Positions 51,189 to 60,770 of a DNA stretch of 64,000 nucleotides are shown here, one piece after another. The notes under the pieces were generated by a model. The model ran no database searches, had not been told where the DNA came from, and saw only the letters and a list, made by a program, of their open reading frames with translations. The stretch is from the NCBI GenBank assembly GCA_040382235.1, contig JBEIFV010000001.1, forward strand, positions 383 through 64,382. The letters run 5' to 3'. This DNA comes from Burkholderiales bacterium. GTDB lineage: Bacteria > Pseudomonadota > Gammaproteobacteria > Burkholderiales > JAEUOS01. How positions within the stretch are numbered: the first letter of the stretch is position 1; every line of letters starts with the position of its first letter. The position numbers were made by a program, and so were the translations under genes.

Positions 51189-53177
51189 TCAGTCGCCGTT
51201 TCTCTCCCTTTCCCCGAAATAGCCGAGCGCGTCTTCGGCGTTCTCGAAAATATGCGGCGCCAGGTGGCGCCGGCGTAGCGCACGTCCCAGCTCGGCGCGC
51301 AGGAAGGCGCTCGTGGTGTAGCGCGTTACATCGAGGTAGAAGCGTTCGGTCAGGTCGCGCACCATGTCGCCATAGGCATCAAGCAGTTCCGGTGCCACCG
51401 TGAAATGATCGTAGTTGACCACCACCCGCACTTTGCGGCCGAGATTGGCCAGTCGCGCCTCGACCTGCGCGCGGATCGCCGCGATGTCGGCATCGGTGCG
51501 CACCGCAAGCGACTCGAAGTTGATGAACAGCAGGTTCTGCGCCGCGTCGTATGAAAAGCGGCTTTCCAGCGGCAGGCGCAGCATGTCGTCGCGCAGACCC
51601 ATCGGCGCGGGCGCGAAAATGCGCGCATCCATCAGGCGCGGCGCCGCCTTGATCAACGGCCGGAACGCCATTTGCGCCAGGATGTCGCGTTCGAGGTCGA
51701 TGCCCGGAGCGATCTCGATCAGTTCCAGACCTTCGTCGCACAATCGAAACACGCAGCGCTCGGTCACATATAGCGCGGTCTGTCCGCGCTTGACCGCCTG
51801 GCTGCCGCTATAAGTGCGGTGCTCGACCTCGTGCACGAACTTGCGCGTGCGGCCCTCGGTCGCAATGCGCAAGCGGCCGTCCGCAATCGTGATCGCGGTG
51901 CCGCCGGCATTGAAGCTGCCGACGAACACCACCTTGCGCGCGGCCTGGCTGATGTTGATGAAGCCGCCGGCGCCGGCTAAGCGCGGACCGAACTTGCTGA
52001 CATTCAGGTTGCCTTCGCGGTCGGCCTGGGCAAGGCCCAGAAAAGCGATGTCGAGCCCGCCACCGTCGTAGAAATCGAACTGGCTGGGCTGGTCGATGAT
52101 GGCCTGGGGGTTGATGGCGGCGCCGAAATCGAGTCCACCGGCCGGGATGCCGCCGATCACGCCGGGCTCGGCGGTGAGCGTCATCAGGTCGATCACCTGT
52201 TCTTCGGCGGCCACGCTCGCCACCCCCTCGGGCATGCCGATGCCCAGGTTCACCACGCTGTTGGGCTTGAGTTCCAGCGCGGCACGGCGCGCGATGATCT
52301 TGCGCGCATCCAGCGCCAGCGTCGCCACCTGGCCGGCCGGCACGCGCAACTCGCCGCTGAAAGCCGGGTTGTACTGCGTGTTGAAGGTCTGCCAGTGATT
52401 CTCGGGCCGGGCCACCACCACGCAGCCGACCAGCACGCCGGGCACCTTGACCTGGCGCGGGTTGAGACTGCCACGTTCGGCGATGCGCTCGACCTGCGCG
52501 ATCACCATGCCGCCGCTGTTGTGCACGGCAGTGGCGATCGCCAGGGATTCCAGGGTCAGCGCCTCACGCTCCATGGAGAGGTTGCCGTCGGGGTCGGCGC
52601 TGGTGGCGCGGATGATGCCGATGTTGATCGGGAAAGCCTTGTAAAACAGGTATTCCTCGCCGCCAATGTGCATCAGTTCGACCAGCGCCTCGACGCTGCG
52701 CTCATTGATGCGCCCGCCGCCGAAGCGCGGATCGACGAAGGTGCCCAGGCCGACGCGTGACAGATGCCCCGGGCGGTGCGCCGCGATGTCGCGAAACAGG
52801 CACGAGATCACACCCTGCGGCAGGTTGTAGGCCTCGATGCGGCCTTCGATGGCGAGCTTGCCCAGGCCCGGCACCAGCCCCCAGTGGCCGCCGATCACCC
52901 GCTTGACGAGGCCGGCGTGTGCCAGGTGGTTCAAGCCACGGCTCTTGCCGTTGCCCTGGCCGGCGGCATACACCAGCGTCAGGTCACGCGGGCCCGCCTG
53001 TGCCGGGTCGAGAAAACGCTGCTCCAGGGCGATCGCGATTTCCTCGGCGAAGCCGATGCCGACGAAGCCCGAGGTGGCGACGGTGTCGCCGTCATGGATC
53101 AGGCGCACCGCGTCGGCGGCGCTGACGATCTTGCTCTGGCCGGTGGCGCCGGGGCCGGACTGCATCGACAATGGCAT
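51189..53177 (-). CDS. Family I acyl-CoA:acetate/3-ketoacid CoA-transferase (fused alpha-beta, propionate CoA-transferase-like)
   Basis: Internal Met at 53177. [26 protein letters not shown] and later [10 protein letters not shown] are typical of YdiF/Pct-type enzymes. Confidence 0.8.
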   Translation of the reverse strand: MPLSMQSGPGATGQSKIVSAADAVRLIHDGDTVATSGFVGIGFAEEIAIALEQRFLDPAQAGPRDLTLVYAAGQGNGKSRGLNHLAHAGLVKRVIGGHWGLVPGLGKLAIEGRIEAYNLPQGVISCLFRDIAAHRPGHLSRVGLGTFVDPRFGGGRINERSVEALVELMHIGGEEYLFYKAFPINIGIIRATSADPDGNLSMEREALTLESLAIATAVHNSGGMVIAQVERIAERGSLNPRQVKVPGVLVGCVVVARPENHWQTFNTQYNPAFSGELRVPAGQVATLALDARKIIARRAALELKPNSVVNLGIGMPEGVASVAAEEQVIDLMTLTAEPGVIGGIPAGGLDFGAAINPQAIIDQPSQFDFYDGGGLDIAFLGLAQADREGNLNVSKFGPRLAGAGGFINISQAARKVVFVGSFNAGGTAITIADGRLRIATEGRTRKFVHEVEHRTYSGSQAVKRGQTALYVTERCVFRLCDEGLELIEIAPGIDLERDILAQMAFRPLIKAAPRLMDARIFAPAPMGLRDDMLRLPLESRFSYDAAQNLLFINFESLAVRTDADIAAIRAQVEARLANLGRKVRVVVNYDHFTVAPELLDAYGDMVRDLTERFYLDVTRYTTSAFLRAELGRALRRRHLAPHIFENAEDALGYFGERERNGD

Positions 53178-53310
53178 GGCACCCCTCCAGTTGAGCGGAA
53201 GCGGCCGTCTGAGCCGCGCGTTGGAAGGCCTGAGTCTAACGGCGCGTCGCGCACACAGATTGACCGGCATCAAGCCGCACACGGGCCGGCACGCATCCTG
53301 CTATCAGAAT

Positions 53311-53324
53311 TATTGTGCACAATA
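53311..53324. promoter_or_regulatory. 14-bp perfect palindrome TATTGTGCACAATA, candidate GntR-family operator
   Basis: It lies in the divergent region between the CoA-transferase (53177) and the GntR gene (53491). The core has the GT-N-AC architecture common to GntR/FadR-type operators. Confidence 0.5.
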
Positions 53325-53490
53325 TGCGTGCATCGAACCCCGTCGCGCGCGCGTTCCACAAGCCTGCTGCCCAAGGGGAGTGCCATGAAGAGAATCATCC
53401 GAACCGCCACGCGCGCGCAGATCGCGCGCCACTGGACCGCACATGCGCCGCAGTAGCCGTCGCTGGCCCGGCACACGCACAAGCGCCCCG

Positions 53491-54222
53491 ATGCTGCGTA
53501 AAAGCCAGCCGATGAACGCCGAAGAAGACGCGATTCACCAGGTGATCGCCCGCGCCCTGCTGGCGGGCCGTCTGGCACCAGGTGCGCAACTGGTGGAAAC
53601 GCGCCTGGGCGCGATCTTCGGCGTTTCGCGCGAACGCATCCGCAAGGTGTTGCAACGCCTCGGGCACGAACGCCTGCTCGAGCTGATTCCCAACCGCGGC
53701 GCTTTCGTCGCCAGCCCGAGCCTGGCGCAAGCGCGTGAAATCTACGAAGCGCGGCGCATTGTCGAAGGCGGCATCGTCGGCCGCCTGGCCGGCAGGCTCA
53801 CCGCAGCGCAGGCCGCCGCATTGGCTGCGCACGGGCGGGCCGAGCAGGCGGCGCTCAAGCGCGGCGACCGCGCGCTATCGATCCGCCTGTCCGGCGAATT
53901 CCACGTATCGCTGGCCGAATGCACCGGCAGCCCATTTGTAGTGCGCGAACTGCAGGAACTGGTCAGCCGCACCTCGATGCTGGTGGCGTTTTTCGACGAC
54001 GCCGCGGCGTCCGAGTGCGCCTGCGAGGAGCATGAAGACATTCTGGTGGCCTTATCCGAAGGTGATGCGGCGCGCGCACTGAAGGCGATGCACGCGCATC
54101 TGTCGCTGATCGAGACGCGCTTGACGCCGCGCGCGGCGCTGCCATCAGTGAGCGACATGGAGCAGGAACTGCGGCGCGCCTGGGGAGCGGCACGCAAGAC
54201 CCGATCCAAAAGCACTGGATAG
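53491..54222 (+). CDS. GntR-family transcriptional regulator (FCD-type C-terminal domain)
   Basis: Winged-helix region is LVETRLGAIFGVSRERIRKVLQRLGHERLLELIPNRGAFVA, followed by an all-helical C-domain. The start is at 53491 or 53512. Confidence 0.85.
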   Translation: MLRKSQPMNAEEDAIHQVIARALLAGRLAPGAQLVETRLGAIFGVSRERIRKVLQRLGHERLLELIPNRGAFVASPSLAQAREIYEARRIVEGGIVGRLAGRLTAAQAAALAAHGRAEQAALKRGDRALSIRLSGEFHVSLAECTGSPFVVRELQELVSRTSMLVAFFDDAAASECACEEHEDILVALSEGDAARALKAMHAHLSLIETRLTPRAALPSVSDMEQELRRAWGAARKTRSKSTG

Positions 54223-54417
54223 TCCGCGCCGCATCGCAACCCGCCGCTGACACAGACCGCCCTTTGACGGATAGTTTGGTCATCGCTGCATGCAGCTCGG
54301 CTATGATCGACGCCGCACGACGAGCCCGGCATGGCTTTTCGCGCCAACGAACCTTGGCGGAAACTCGCATGTCTTCGCCAAGACTGTCAGCCGGGTAGCA
54401 CTTTCACGGGAGCCGCA

Positions 54418-55536
54418 ATGCACAGTGAGCATGAGCTGATAGCGAGCGCACGCAACTTCGTTGCAGCCGAAGTGGCTCCGCGATTTGCCGCCGATGAAGC
54501 GCCGCGCCTCGACGCGTCGATCAAGCTCGCCGCGGCTTCCGCGGGCTTGTTCGGCTTCCAGGTGCCGCCGGCGTTTGGCGGTGCCGGCGCCTCTTTCACG
54601 GTCAAGGCGCGCATTGCCGAGATTCTGGCTGGTGCCGATTTCGGCCTGGCGATGTCCTTGATCAACACCCAGAACGTCGCCAATCACCTGGCGCGCAGCG
54701 CCAACCCCGCAATCGCACAGCGCTACGTACCTGACCTCGTGGCCGGCAGGAAGTCCGGCTGCACCGCGCTCACCGAACCCGGTGCCGGTTCCGATTTCGC
54801 CGCCATCCAAACCACGGCCACCGAGGTCGGCGGCAACTGGCGCCTGGATGGCGCCAAGGCCTGGATCATCAATGCGCTGCATGCCGAGGTGCTGCTGGTG
54901 TATGCGCAAACCCAGCCCGGCAGCGGCGCCGCCGGCATCGCCGCCTTCGTGGTGGATGCCGACCGTGCCGGCTTCGTGCGCGGCGCGGCGATGACCAGTG
55001 CGCTTGCCGCTATGGGCACCGGCAGCTTTCGCCTCGACGCCTACGTTGCCACCGCTGAAGAGATGCTGTTCGCACCCGGCCTGGCCTTCAAGCGTGCGAT
55101 GACCTCGATAAACGGCGCACGCATCTACGTCGCAGCCATGTGCTGCGGCATGGTGGACGCCGCCTTGACCGTCGCCACCGACTACGGCCGCAATCGCAGC
55201 ACCTTCGGCCAGGTGCTGTTCGACCATCAGGGCTGGCGCTGGAGCCTGGCCGACGCCGCGGTCGATCTTGATGCGGCGCGCCTGATGGTGGCCGATGCCG
55301 CGGCCAGGCTCGATGCCGGCACCGACGTGCAAGGCGCGGCAGCGCGCGCCAAGGTGTTCGCCACCCGCATGGCGCACCGGCACCTGGGGGCCTTGCTGCA
55401 CGCCATGGGCGCCGAGGGCTTGCGCGACTGCCATCCATTCTTGCGCCATATCGAGGGGGCGCAGGCCGCCGCCTTCACCGATGGCGCAACCGAGATGCTG
55501 CTGGAGCGTATCGCACGCGAACTGCGAGGCAAGTGA
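54418..55536 (+). CDS. Acyl-CoA dehydrogenase family protein
   Basis: Internal Met at 54418. Has LTEPGAGSDFA and a C-terminal GAEG...FTDGATEML. Confidence 0.8.
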   Translation: MHSEHELIASARNFVAAEVAPRFAADEAPRLDASIKLAAASAGLFGFQVPPAFGGAGASFTVKARIAEILAGADFGLAMSLINTQNVANHLARSANPAIAQRYVPDLVAGRKSGCTALTEPGAGSDFAAIQTTATEVGGNWRLDGAKAWIINALHAEVLLVYAQTQPGSGAAGIAAFVVDADRAGFVRGAAMTSALAAMGTGSFRLDAYVATAEEMLFAPGLAFKRAMTSINGARIYVAAMCCGMVDAALTVATDYGRNRSTFGQVLFDHQGWRWSLADAAVDLDAARLMVADAAARLDAGTDVQGAAARAKVFATRMAHRHLGALLHAMGAEGLRDCHPFLRHIEGAQAAAFTDGATEMLLERIARELRGK

Positions 55537-56156
55537 TGATCGACGACACCCGCTTTGCGGCACCGGCGCTACTGATTGTCGACATGCAAAACGATTTCGT
55601 GCGCTTGGGCGCACCGCTTGAAGTACCCGATGCGCGCGCGACGTTCGATGTCCATCAACGCCTGATCAAGCGGTTTCGCGACCTTGGCGCGCCAGTGGTC
55701 TACACCAGGTTTCTGGCGACGCCGGAACCCAGCCTCCTGTGGCGCTGGTCGCCACAATGCGCGCCGCCGACGCTGTGCTGCCACAAAGGGTTCGCCCGCC
55801 GCTATGACGACGCACCAGGCGTGCTGGAATGCACCGACATCGTCTCCGAACTGGCGCCTGAACCGCAGGACCTGATCATCGATAAGTTCGGCTATGGCGC
55901 CTTTCACGGCACGCCTTTGTCCGACCTGTTGCGCCAGCGCGCCGTGCGCTCGCTGGTGGTGACAGGCACGGTGACGCAAATCTGTGTTGAAGAGACGGCG
56001 CGCGAGGCTTTTCATCATGGCTTCGCGACCACCATGGTGGCCGATGCGGTATCGTCGTTCGCGCCGGACCTGCACGCGGCGACGCTGAAAAACTTCGCGA
56101 TGAAGTTTGGCTGGGTGGATACTGCGGACGCGGTTCTCCAGCGCCTTGCGGTGTGA
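55533..56156 (+). CDS. Isochorismatase-family cysteine hydrolase
   Basis: Has ALLIVDMQNDF and LVVTGTVTQICVEETAREA. ATGA overlap with the upstream ACAD. Confidence 0.85.
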   Translation: MMIDDTRFAAPALLIVDMQNDFVRLGAPLEVPDARATFDVHQRLIKRFRDLGAPVVYTRFLATPEPSLLWRWSPQCAPPTLCCHKGFARRYDDAPGVLECTDIVSELAPEPQDLIIDKFGYGAFHGTPLSDLLRQRAVRSLVVTGTVTQICVEETAREAFHHGFATTMVADAVSSFAPDLHAATLKNFAMKFGWVDTADAVLQRLAV

Positions 56157-56239
56157 CCGTTGCGGTACGCACCAATCAAGCGTTGCCGAATCAGGACAAA
56201 GCGCGGCAATGCGCTGGACATAAAAACAAGGAGAGAGAC

Positions 56240-57307
56240 ATGATGACTTTTCAAAGGCTGTGCCGGACAAGCTTGCAACTAATCCTGGTGCTGGCGTCGA
56301 TAGCGGCACTGGCCCAAAACGCGCCGGCGCCCCGGGAAGGTACCTGGATTGCGAGGGATTTCCGCTTTAACACCGGCGAAGTGATGCCGGAACTGCGCAT
56401 CCACTACACCACGCTGGGCGCTCCGACCGGCGAGCCGGTGCTGATACTGCACGGCACCACCGGCTCCGGCGCCGGCATGCTCAGCCCCACTTTCGGCGGC
56501 GAGTTGTTCGGCCCCGGCCAGGCGCTGGATGCCAGCAAGTACTTCATCATCCTGCCCGACGCCATTGGCACCGGCAAGACCAGCAAACCCTCCGACGGCC
56601 TGCGCGCGAAGTTTCCGAAATACAACTATGACGACATGGTGGCAGCGCAGTACCGCCTGGTCACCGAAGGCCTGGGCATCAAGCGCCTGCGCCTGGTGCT
56701 GGGCAATTCGATGGGCGGCATGCATACATGGGTGTGGGGCGTGAAGTACCCGGACTTCATGGACGCGCTGGTGCCGATGGCCTCGATGCCCAGCGAAATG
56801 TCGGGCCGCAACTGGATCATGCGCAAACTCCTGATCGAATCGATCCGCCGCGATCCCGAATGGATGGAAGGCAACTACACCAGGCAACCGCGCGGCTTTC
56901 AGCTGGCTTCGGTGTTCTACGGCTTCGGCACCAACGGCGGCAACCAGGGGCTCTACAACACGGCACCGACGCGCGAGCGCGCGGACGCACTGGTCAACCA
57001 GCGCCTGAACGGCCCCTTCAACGCCGACGCCAACGACCACCTGTACCAGTGGGACGCCTCGCGCGACTACAACGTGGCGCCCATGCTGGAACGCATCAAC
57101 GCAACGCTCCTGGTGATCAATTCCGCCGATGACGAACGTAACCCGCCAGAACTAGGCGTGATGGAAAAGGAACTCAAGCGCATCCGCAATGCGCGGCTTT
57201 ACCTGGTGCCCGGCAACGAGAACACGTTTGGACATGGCACCACCGGCCAGGCGCGGTTCTGGAAAGCACAGGTGGAGGAGTTGATGCGGACCGCAGTACG
57301 CAGGTAA
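56240..57307 (+). CDS. Secreted alpha/beta-fold hydrolase
   Basis: Internal Met at 56240 with a signal peptide (LASIAALAQNAP). Has LHGTTGSG and the nucleophile elbow GNSMGG. Confidence 0.75.
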   Translation: MMTFQRLCRTSLQLILVLASIAALAQNAPAPREGTWIARDFRFNTGEVMPELRIHYTTLGAPTGEPVLILHGTTGSGAGMLSPTFGGELFGPGQALDASKYFIILPDAIGTGKTSKPSDGLRAKFPKYNYDDMVAAQYRLVTEGLGIKRLRLVLGNSMGGMHTWVWGVKYPDFMDALVPMASMPSEMSGRNWIMRKLLIESIRRDPEWMEGNYTRQPRGFQLASVFYGFGTNGGNQGLYNTAPTRERADALVNQRLNGPFNADANDHLYQWDASRDYNVAPMLERINATLLVINSADDERNPPELGVMEKELKRIRNARLYLVPGNENTFGHGTTGQARFWKAQVEELMRTAVRR

Positions 57308-57363
57308 ACCTCATCACCCGGGGGCGGGCCGCGGCAGAACCGGCGATTACTCTTGCGCGCGCA

Positions 57364-58509
57364 TCATGGGCTCGCTTGATTGGCGCCCTTCCCGGGCCTG
57401 CTCAAACGCCCGCCCGCCGCCATCAGCGCTCCATTGATCCAGAACACCACCAGCAAGCCGGCCAGCGCGCCGATCGCGCCAAACAGCGCCGGCCCGGCGA
57501 TGCGCGCGATGTTGTTCACCGTCGAGCGCAAGCCCACGGTCGCGCCGCCACTGCCTTCTTGTGCGCCGCTGAACATCAGCATCAAGGTCAGCGTTTGCGT
57601 GGCTCCCAATGAAATGCCGAACGCGAACGCCAGCCCCGCCAGCAGGGTTGGGTCATTCACCAGGGGCAACAGCACAAATACCGCCGCGCCAATATGGAAC
57701 GCAATGGCCAGGAGCCTGGATTCACCGATCGGTTTGATCAGGCGGAACATCACGATGCGGATGCCGAAGGAACCCACTGCGAGCGCCGCGAGCAGGCCGC
57801 CGATGACTGAGGCCGACAGCCCGATGCCATGCGCGTAGATCGGCAGGAACGCCTGGAACAGGTCGTTGGCGAGTTGCGCAAGGCTGCTGACGGCGAGCAT
57901 GCGCCGCAGTTGCGGGTCTTTCAGTGTTTGCCACAACTTGCCGCCCGAACCCGGCCGGCCTTCACTGGCAGGCAACACGCCGCCAAACACCAGCAATGTG
58001 GCCAGCGCGGCCAGCAACAGGGCCGCCACCGCCAGGCATGCGTGCAGGTATCCGAAGTGGTCGATCACGAAACCCGCCAGCAAGGGGCCCAGAAAAATCG
58101 CGGCCGATCCGGTCATGCTGTAGTTGCTGAAATTGCGCGCGCGCTGGTGCACCTGGCTCAGGATGCCGACCAGGTTTTGCCCCAGCACGGTCGTCAGCAC
58201 GATGGTCAGGCCCAGCATGACCGCTGCTACGTAAAGAGAAGGCAGTGCGGGAAAGAAATACGGCACCAGCATGCCGCCGGCGCCGCACGCCGCACCGGCA
58301 GCGAGCAACCAGCGCGAACCAAAGCGGTCCGCAAGCACACCGATCGGCCAGGAAAGCAGGAGCGGAAACAGATACACCATGGCCAGAATCGCACCGACGC
58401 CGGCGGCGTTGGCGCCGAGTTCCAGCGCGTAGAGCGAAAACACGATGCGTGCAGCGGCGACTCCCACGAAGACGAGGATGTTGAGCACCAGAATCAGATT
58501 GATCGCCAT
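57364..58509 (-). CDS. MFS transporter
   Basis: 381 aa with about 12 hydrophobic segments and an MFS loop motif DRFGSR. Confidence 0.8.
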   Translation of the reverse strand: MAINLILVLNILVFVGVAAARIVFSLYALELGANAAGVGAILAMVYLFPLLLSWPIGVLADRFGSRWLLAAGAACGAGGMLVPYFFPALPSLYVAAVMLGLTIVLTTVLGQNLVGILSQVHQRARNFSNYSMTGSAAIFLGPLLAGFVIDHFGYLHACLAVAALLLAALATLLVFGGVLPASEGRPGSGGKLWQTLKDPQLRRMLAVSSLAQLANDLFQAFLPIYAHGIGLSASVIGGLLAALAVGSFGIRIVMFRLIKPIGESRLLAIAFHIGAAVFVLLPLVNDPTLLAGLAFAFGISLGATQTLTLMLMFSGAQEGSGGATVGLRSTVNNIARIAGPALFGAIGALAGLLVVFWINGALMAAGGRLSRPGKGANQASP

Positions 58510-58675
58510 GCCTGGATCACGCCACTTTTCAACACGGGCTGAAGGTCATAGTACCCACGAACGGGATAGAAGCGGGCGCGACAGTCTGGTGCGGGCAAAT
58601 GCGACTCTGCCTATCATGTGCCTGTTTCGACAGAACCGGTTTCAACGACAATCCGGTCACCAAAGGAGATGCACC

Positions 58676-58957
58676 ATGGCCGACGTCGGCAGCAAGCTGA
58701 TTTTCGAGAACGATCGCATCCGCGTGTGGGAATTCACGCTGCAACCGGGCGAGACGATCGAGGCCCACAAGCACCTGCACGACTACTTTTTCTACCCGAT
58801 CGAAGGCGGCACGCTGGAAGTCACGCGCGACAGCGGCGTGGTGCGCGCAACCCTCGAAGCGGGCAAGGTGTACTACCGCAATGGCGGCGATACCCATGCG
58901 GCTACGAATGTCGACGACCACCGCTATCACGAGGTGCTGGTCGAACTCAAAAGCTAA
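58676..58957 (+). CDS. Small cupin domain protein
   Basis: Internal Met at 58676 (MADVGSKLIFENDRIRVWEFTLQPGETIEAHKHLHDYFFYPIEGG...GDTHAATN). Confidence 0.7.
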   Translation: MADVGSKLIFENDRIRVWEFTLQPGETIEAHKHLHDYFFYPIEGGTLEVTRDSGVVRATLEAGKVYYRNGGDTHAATNVDDHRYHEVLVELKS

Positions 58958-58963
58958 AAACGG

Positions 58964-59308
58964 CTAGCGGCTGCGCGCGGCTTTCACAAAAGCGTGCGAG
59001 GCCTGGAACAGCTCGAGATCCTGCACATACTCGGCCGCATCGGCGCGATTGATCTGGATCCATTCGCGTGTGCTCGACATGCCGCCGGGGTTGAAATGGC
59101 TGACGTTGGCGCGCGAGAACTGCAGTTCATCGGCGGTCTTCGATGGCAGCCGCAGGCCGATGCCCTCGCCACTGATGCAGGCGAACATCTTGTCGCCGAC
59201 AAAATAGGCGTCCAGTCCGTTGACCTTTTTTCCGACCACGCCCTGCAGCTTCAGTAGCAGTGCGTCGATCTGGGTCTTGCGGGTGGGTTCCGGCGCGGCG
59301 GTTTTCAT
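58964..59308 (-). CDS. TfoX/Sxy N-terminal domain family protein
   Basis: 114 aa with a GLDAYFVGDKMFACISGEGIGLRLP pattern resembling the TfoX_N domain. Confidence 0.55.
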   Translation of the reverse strand: MKTAAPEPTRKTQIDALLLKLQGVVGKKVNGLDAYFVGDKMFACISGEGIGLRLPSKTADELQFSRANVSHFNPGGMSSTREWIQINRADAAEYVQDLELFQASHAFVKAARSR

Positions 59309-59426
59309 GGATTGGCTGGCTTTGCAAGTTTGCGTGGTTCGCTATAGTCGCATGCGAGGGCGACCCAGCGGGTACAAGGGCCCGCCCTCTGCATGGGCGC
59401 CCTGCCTGCGGCAAGGCCTGACAGGC

Positions 59427-60395
59427 TCACTCCGGCTCGATCCCGGCGTCCTTGATGCGCCTGCCCCAGCTGACCAATTGCGCACGGACGAAGCCGGCCA
59501 GTTGTTCCGGGGTCGAAGGCGTCACGTCGGCGGAAAAGCCTGCGATCTTTTCACGAATCTCCGGCTTGGCCAGCGCTCGGCGCACCTCGGTGGAGAGGCG
59601 GTTGACGATGTCCGGCGGCGTGCCGGCTGGCGCGAACATCGCTACCCAGGCAATCAACTCGAAGCCGGCCAGCGCCGGCGTCTCGGCCATGGTCGCAAGC
59701 TCCGGCATGATGCTGGAGCGCTTTTCACTCGATACCGCCAGCGCCTTCAGCTTGCCTGATTTCACCAGCGCCTGGCCGGCGGCCATGTCGGTCACCGCAT
59801 AGCTGATCTGCTCGCCCAGCAGGTCGGTCATCGCCTGTGGCGAACTCTTGTAGGGGGTGGCGATCACATCAATGCCGGCGGCCTTCGCAAAGGCCGCGCC
59901 GGTCACCTGGCCGATGCTGTTGCCGTAGCCGTAGGACACCTTGCCCGGGCGGGCGCGGCTGTAGTCGATCAGCTCCTGCAGCGAATTCACCGGTAGTTTC
60001 GGGTTCACCACCACGATCACCGGGATGTGCATGATGCCGCTTACCGGCGCAAAATCGCGAACGGGATCGTAGCTCAACCTCTTGAACAGGTGCGGGTTGG
60101 CCGAGTGCGAGGTGTTGGTGGTGACCAGCAGGGTATAGCCATCGGCCGGCGCCACGGCCACCAGTTCGGCGCCGATACGCGCCGAACCGCCGGGCTTGTT
60201 GTCGATCACGAAATTCTGGCCGAGCGACACGCGCAGTTCGTCGGCCACCAGGCGCGCGACGATGTCGGTAGCGGCACCCGGTGCAAAAGGCACCACGACT
60301 TTCACCGGGCGCGCCGGGTAGGCCTGGGCCCAGGCCGTCTGGGCTGTCGCCAACAGGGCTACAAACGTCACGAGAGTCAACAAGGGCTTGCGCAT
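59427..60395 (-). CDS. Bug-family (TctC-like) substrate-binding protein
   Basis: Internal Met at 60395 (MRKPLLTLVTFVALLATAQTAWAQAYPARPVKVVVPFAPGAATDIVAR...DNKPGG). The 250 upstream codons of the track ORF are noise. Confidence 0.9.
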   Translation of the reverse strand: MRKPLLTLVTFVALLATAQTAWAQAYPARPVKVVVPFAPGAATDIVARLVADELRVSLGQNFVIDNKPGGSARIGAELVAVAPADGYTLLVTTNTSHSANPHLFKRLSYDPVRDFAPVSGIMHIPVIVVVNPKLPVNSLQELIDYSRARPGKVSYGYGNSIGQVTGAAFAKAAGIDVIATPYKSSPQAMTDLLGEQISYAVTDMAAGQALVKSGKLKALAVSSEKRSSIMPELATMAETPALAGFELIAWVAMFAPAGTPPDIVNRLSTEVRRALAKPEIREKIAGFSADVTPSTPEQLAGFVRAQLVSWGRRIKDAGIEPE

Positions 60396-60770
60396 GATGC
60401 CTGGCACTCCTCTTTCTGGTGGGACAACATTGATTCGGGATCCAGACCCGTTGCGCAAAACACGCAACCCGGGGCTGTTGCTGATCCCTTTGGAAAAATA
60501 CCCGCCGCTCCGGGCACCGTGTCGGACCCAGGCTCGGCAGCTTGGTTCGACTTGTCGCAACCCTGCGCGCGCAATCACGGTTTCGGGCCAGGCCAGAGGC
60601 TGCCACCCCCGCGAAGCGCGACAGGAACGACTGGCGAGTGAATGCTTTGCGGACATTCCGAACTCTCCGCCCTGGGTAAAAGTATACGCGGCGCCTGTCG
60701 GCGCGGTCCGCATTTGAAGTTGCCGAGCCCAAGTGCTATCGTGCACCAATCGCATTGCCGGCATCGAATC

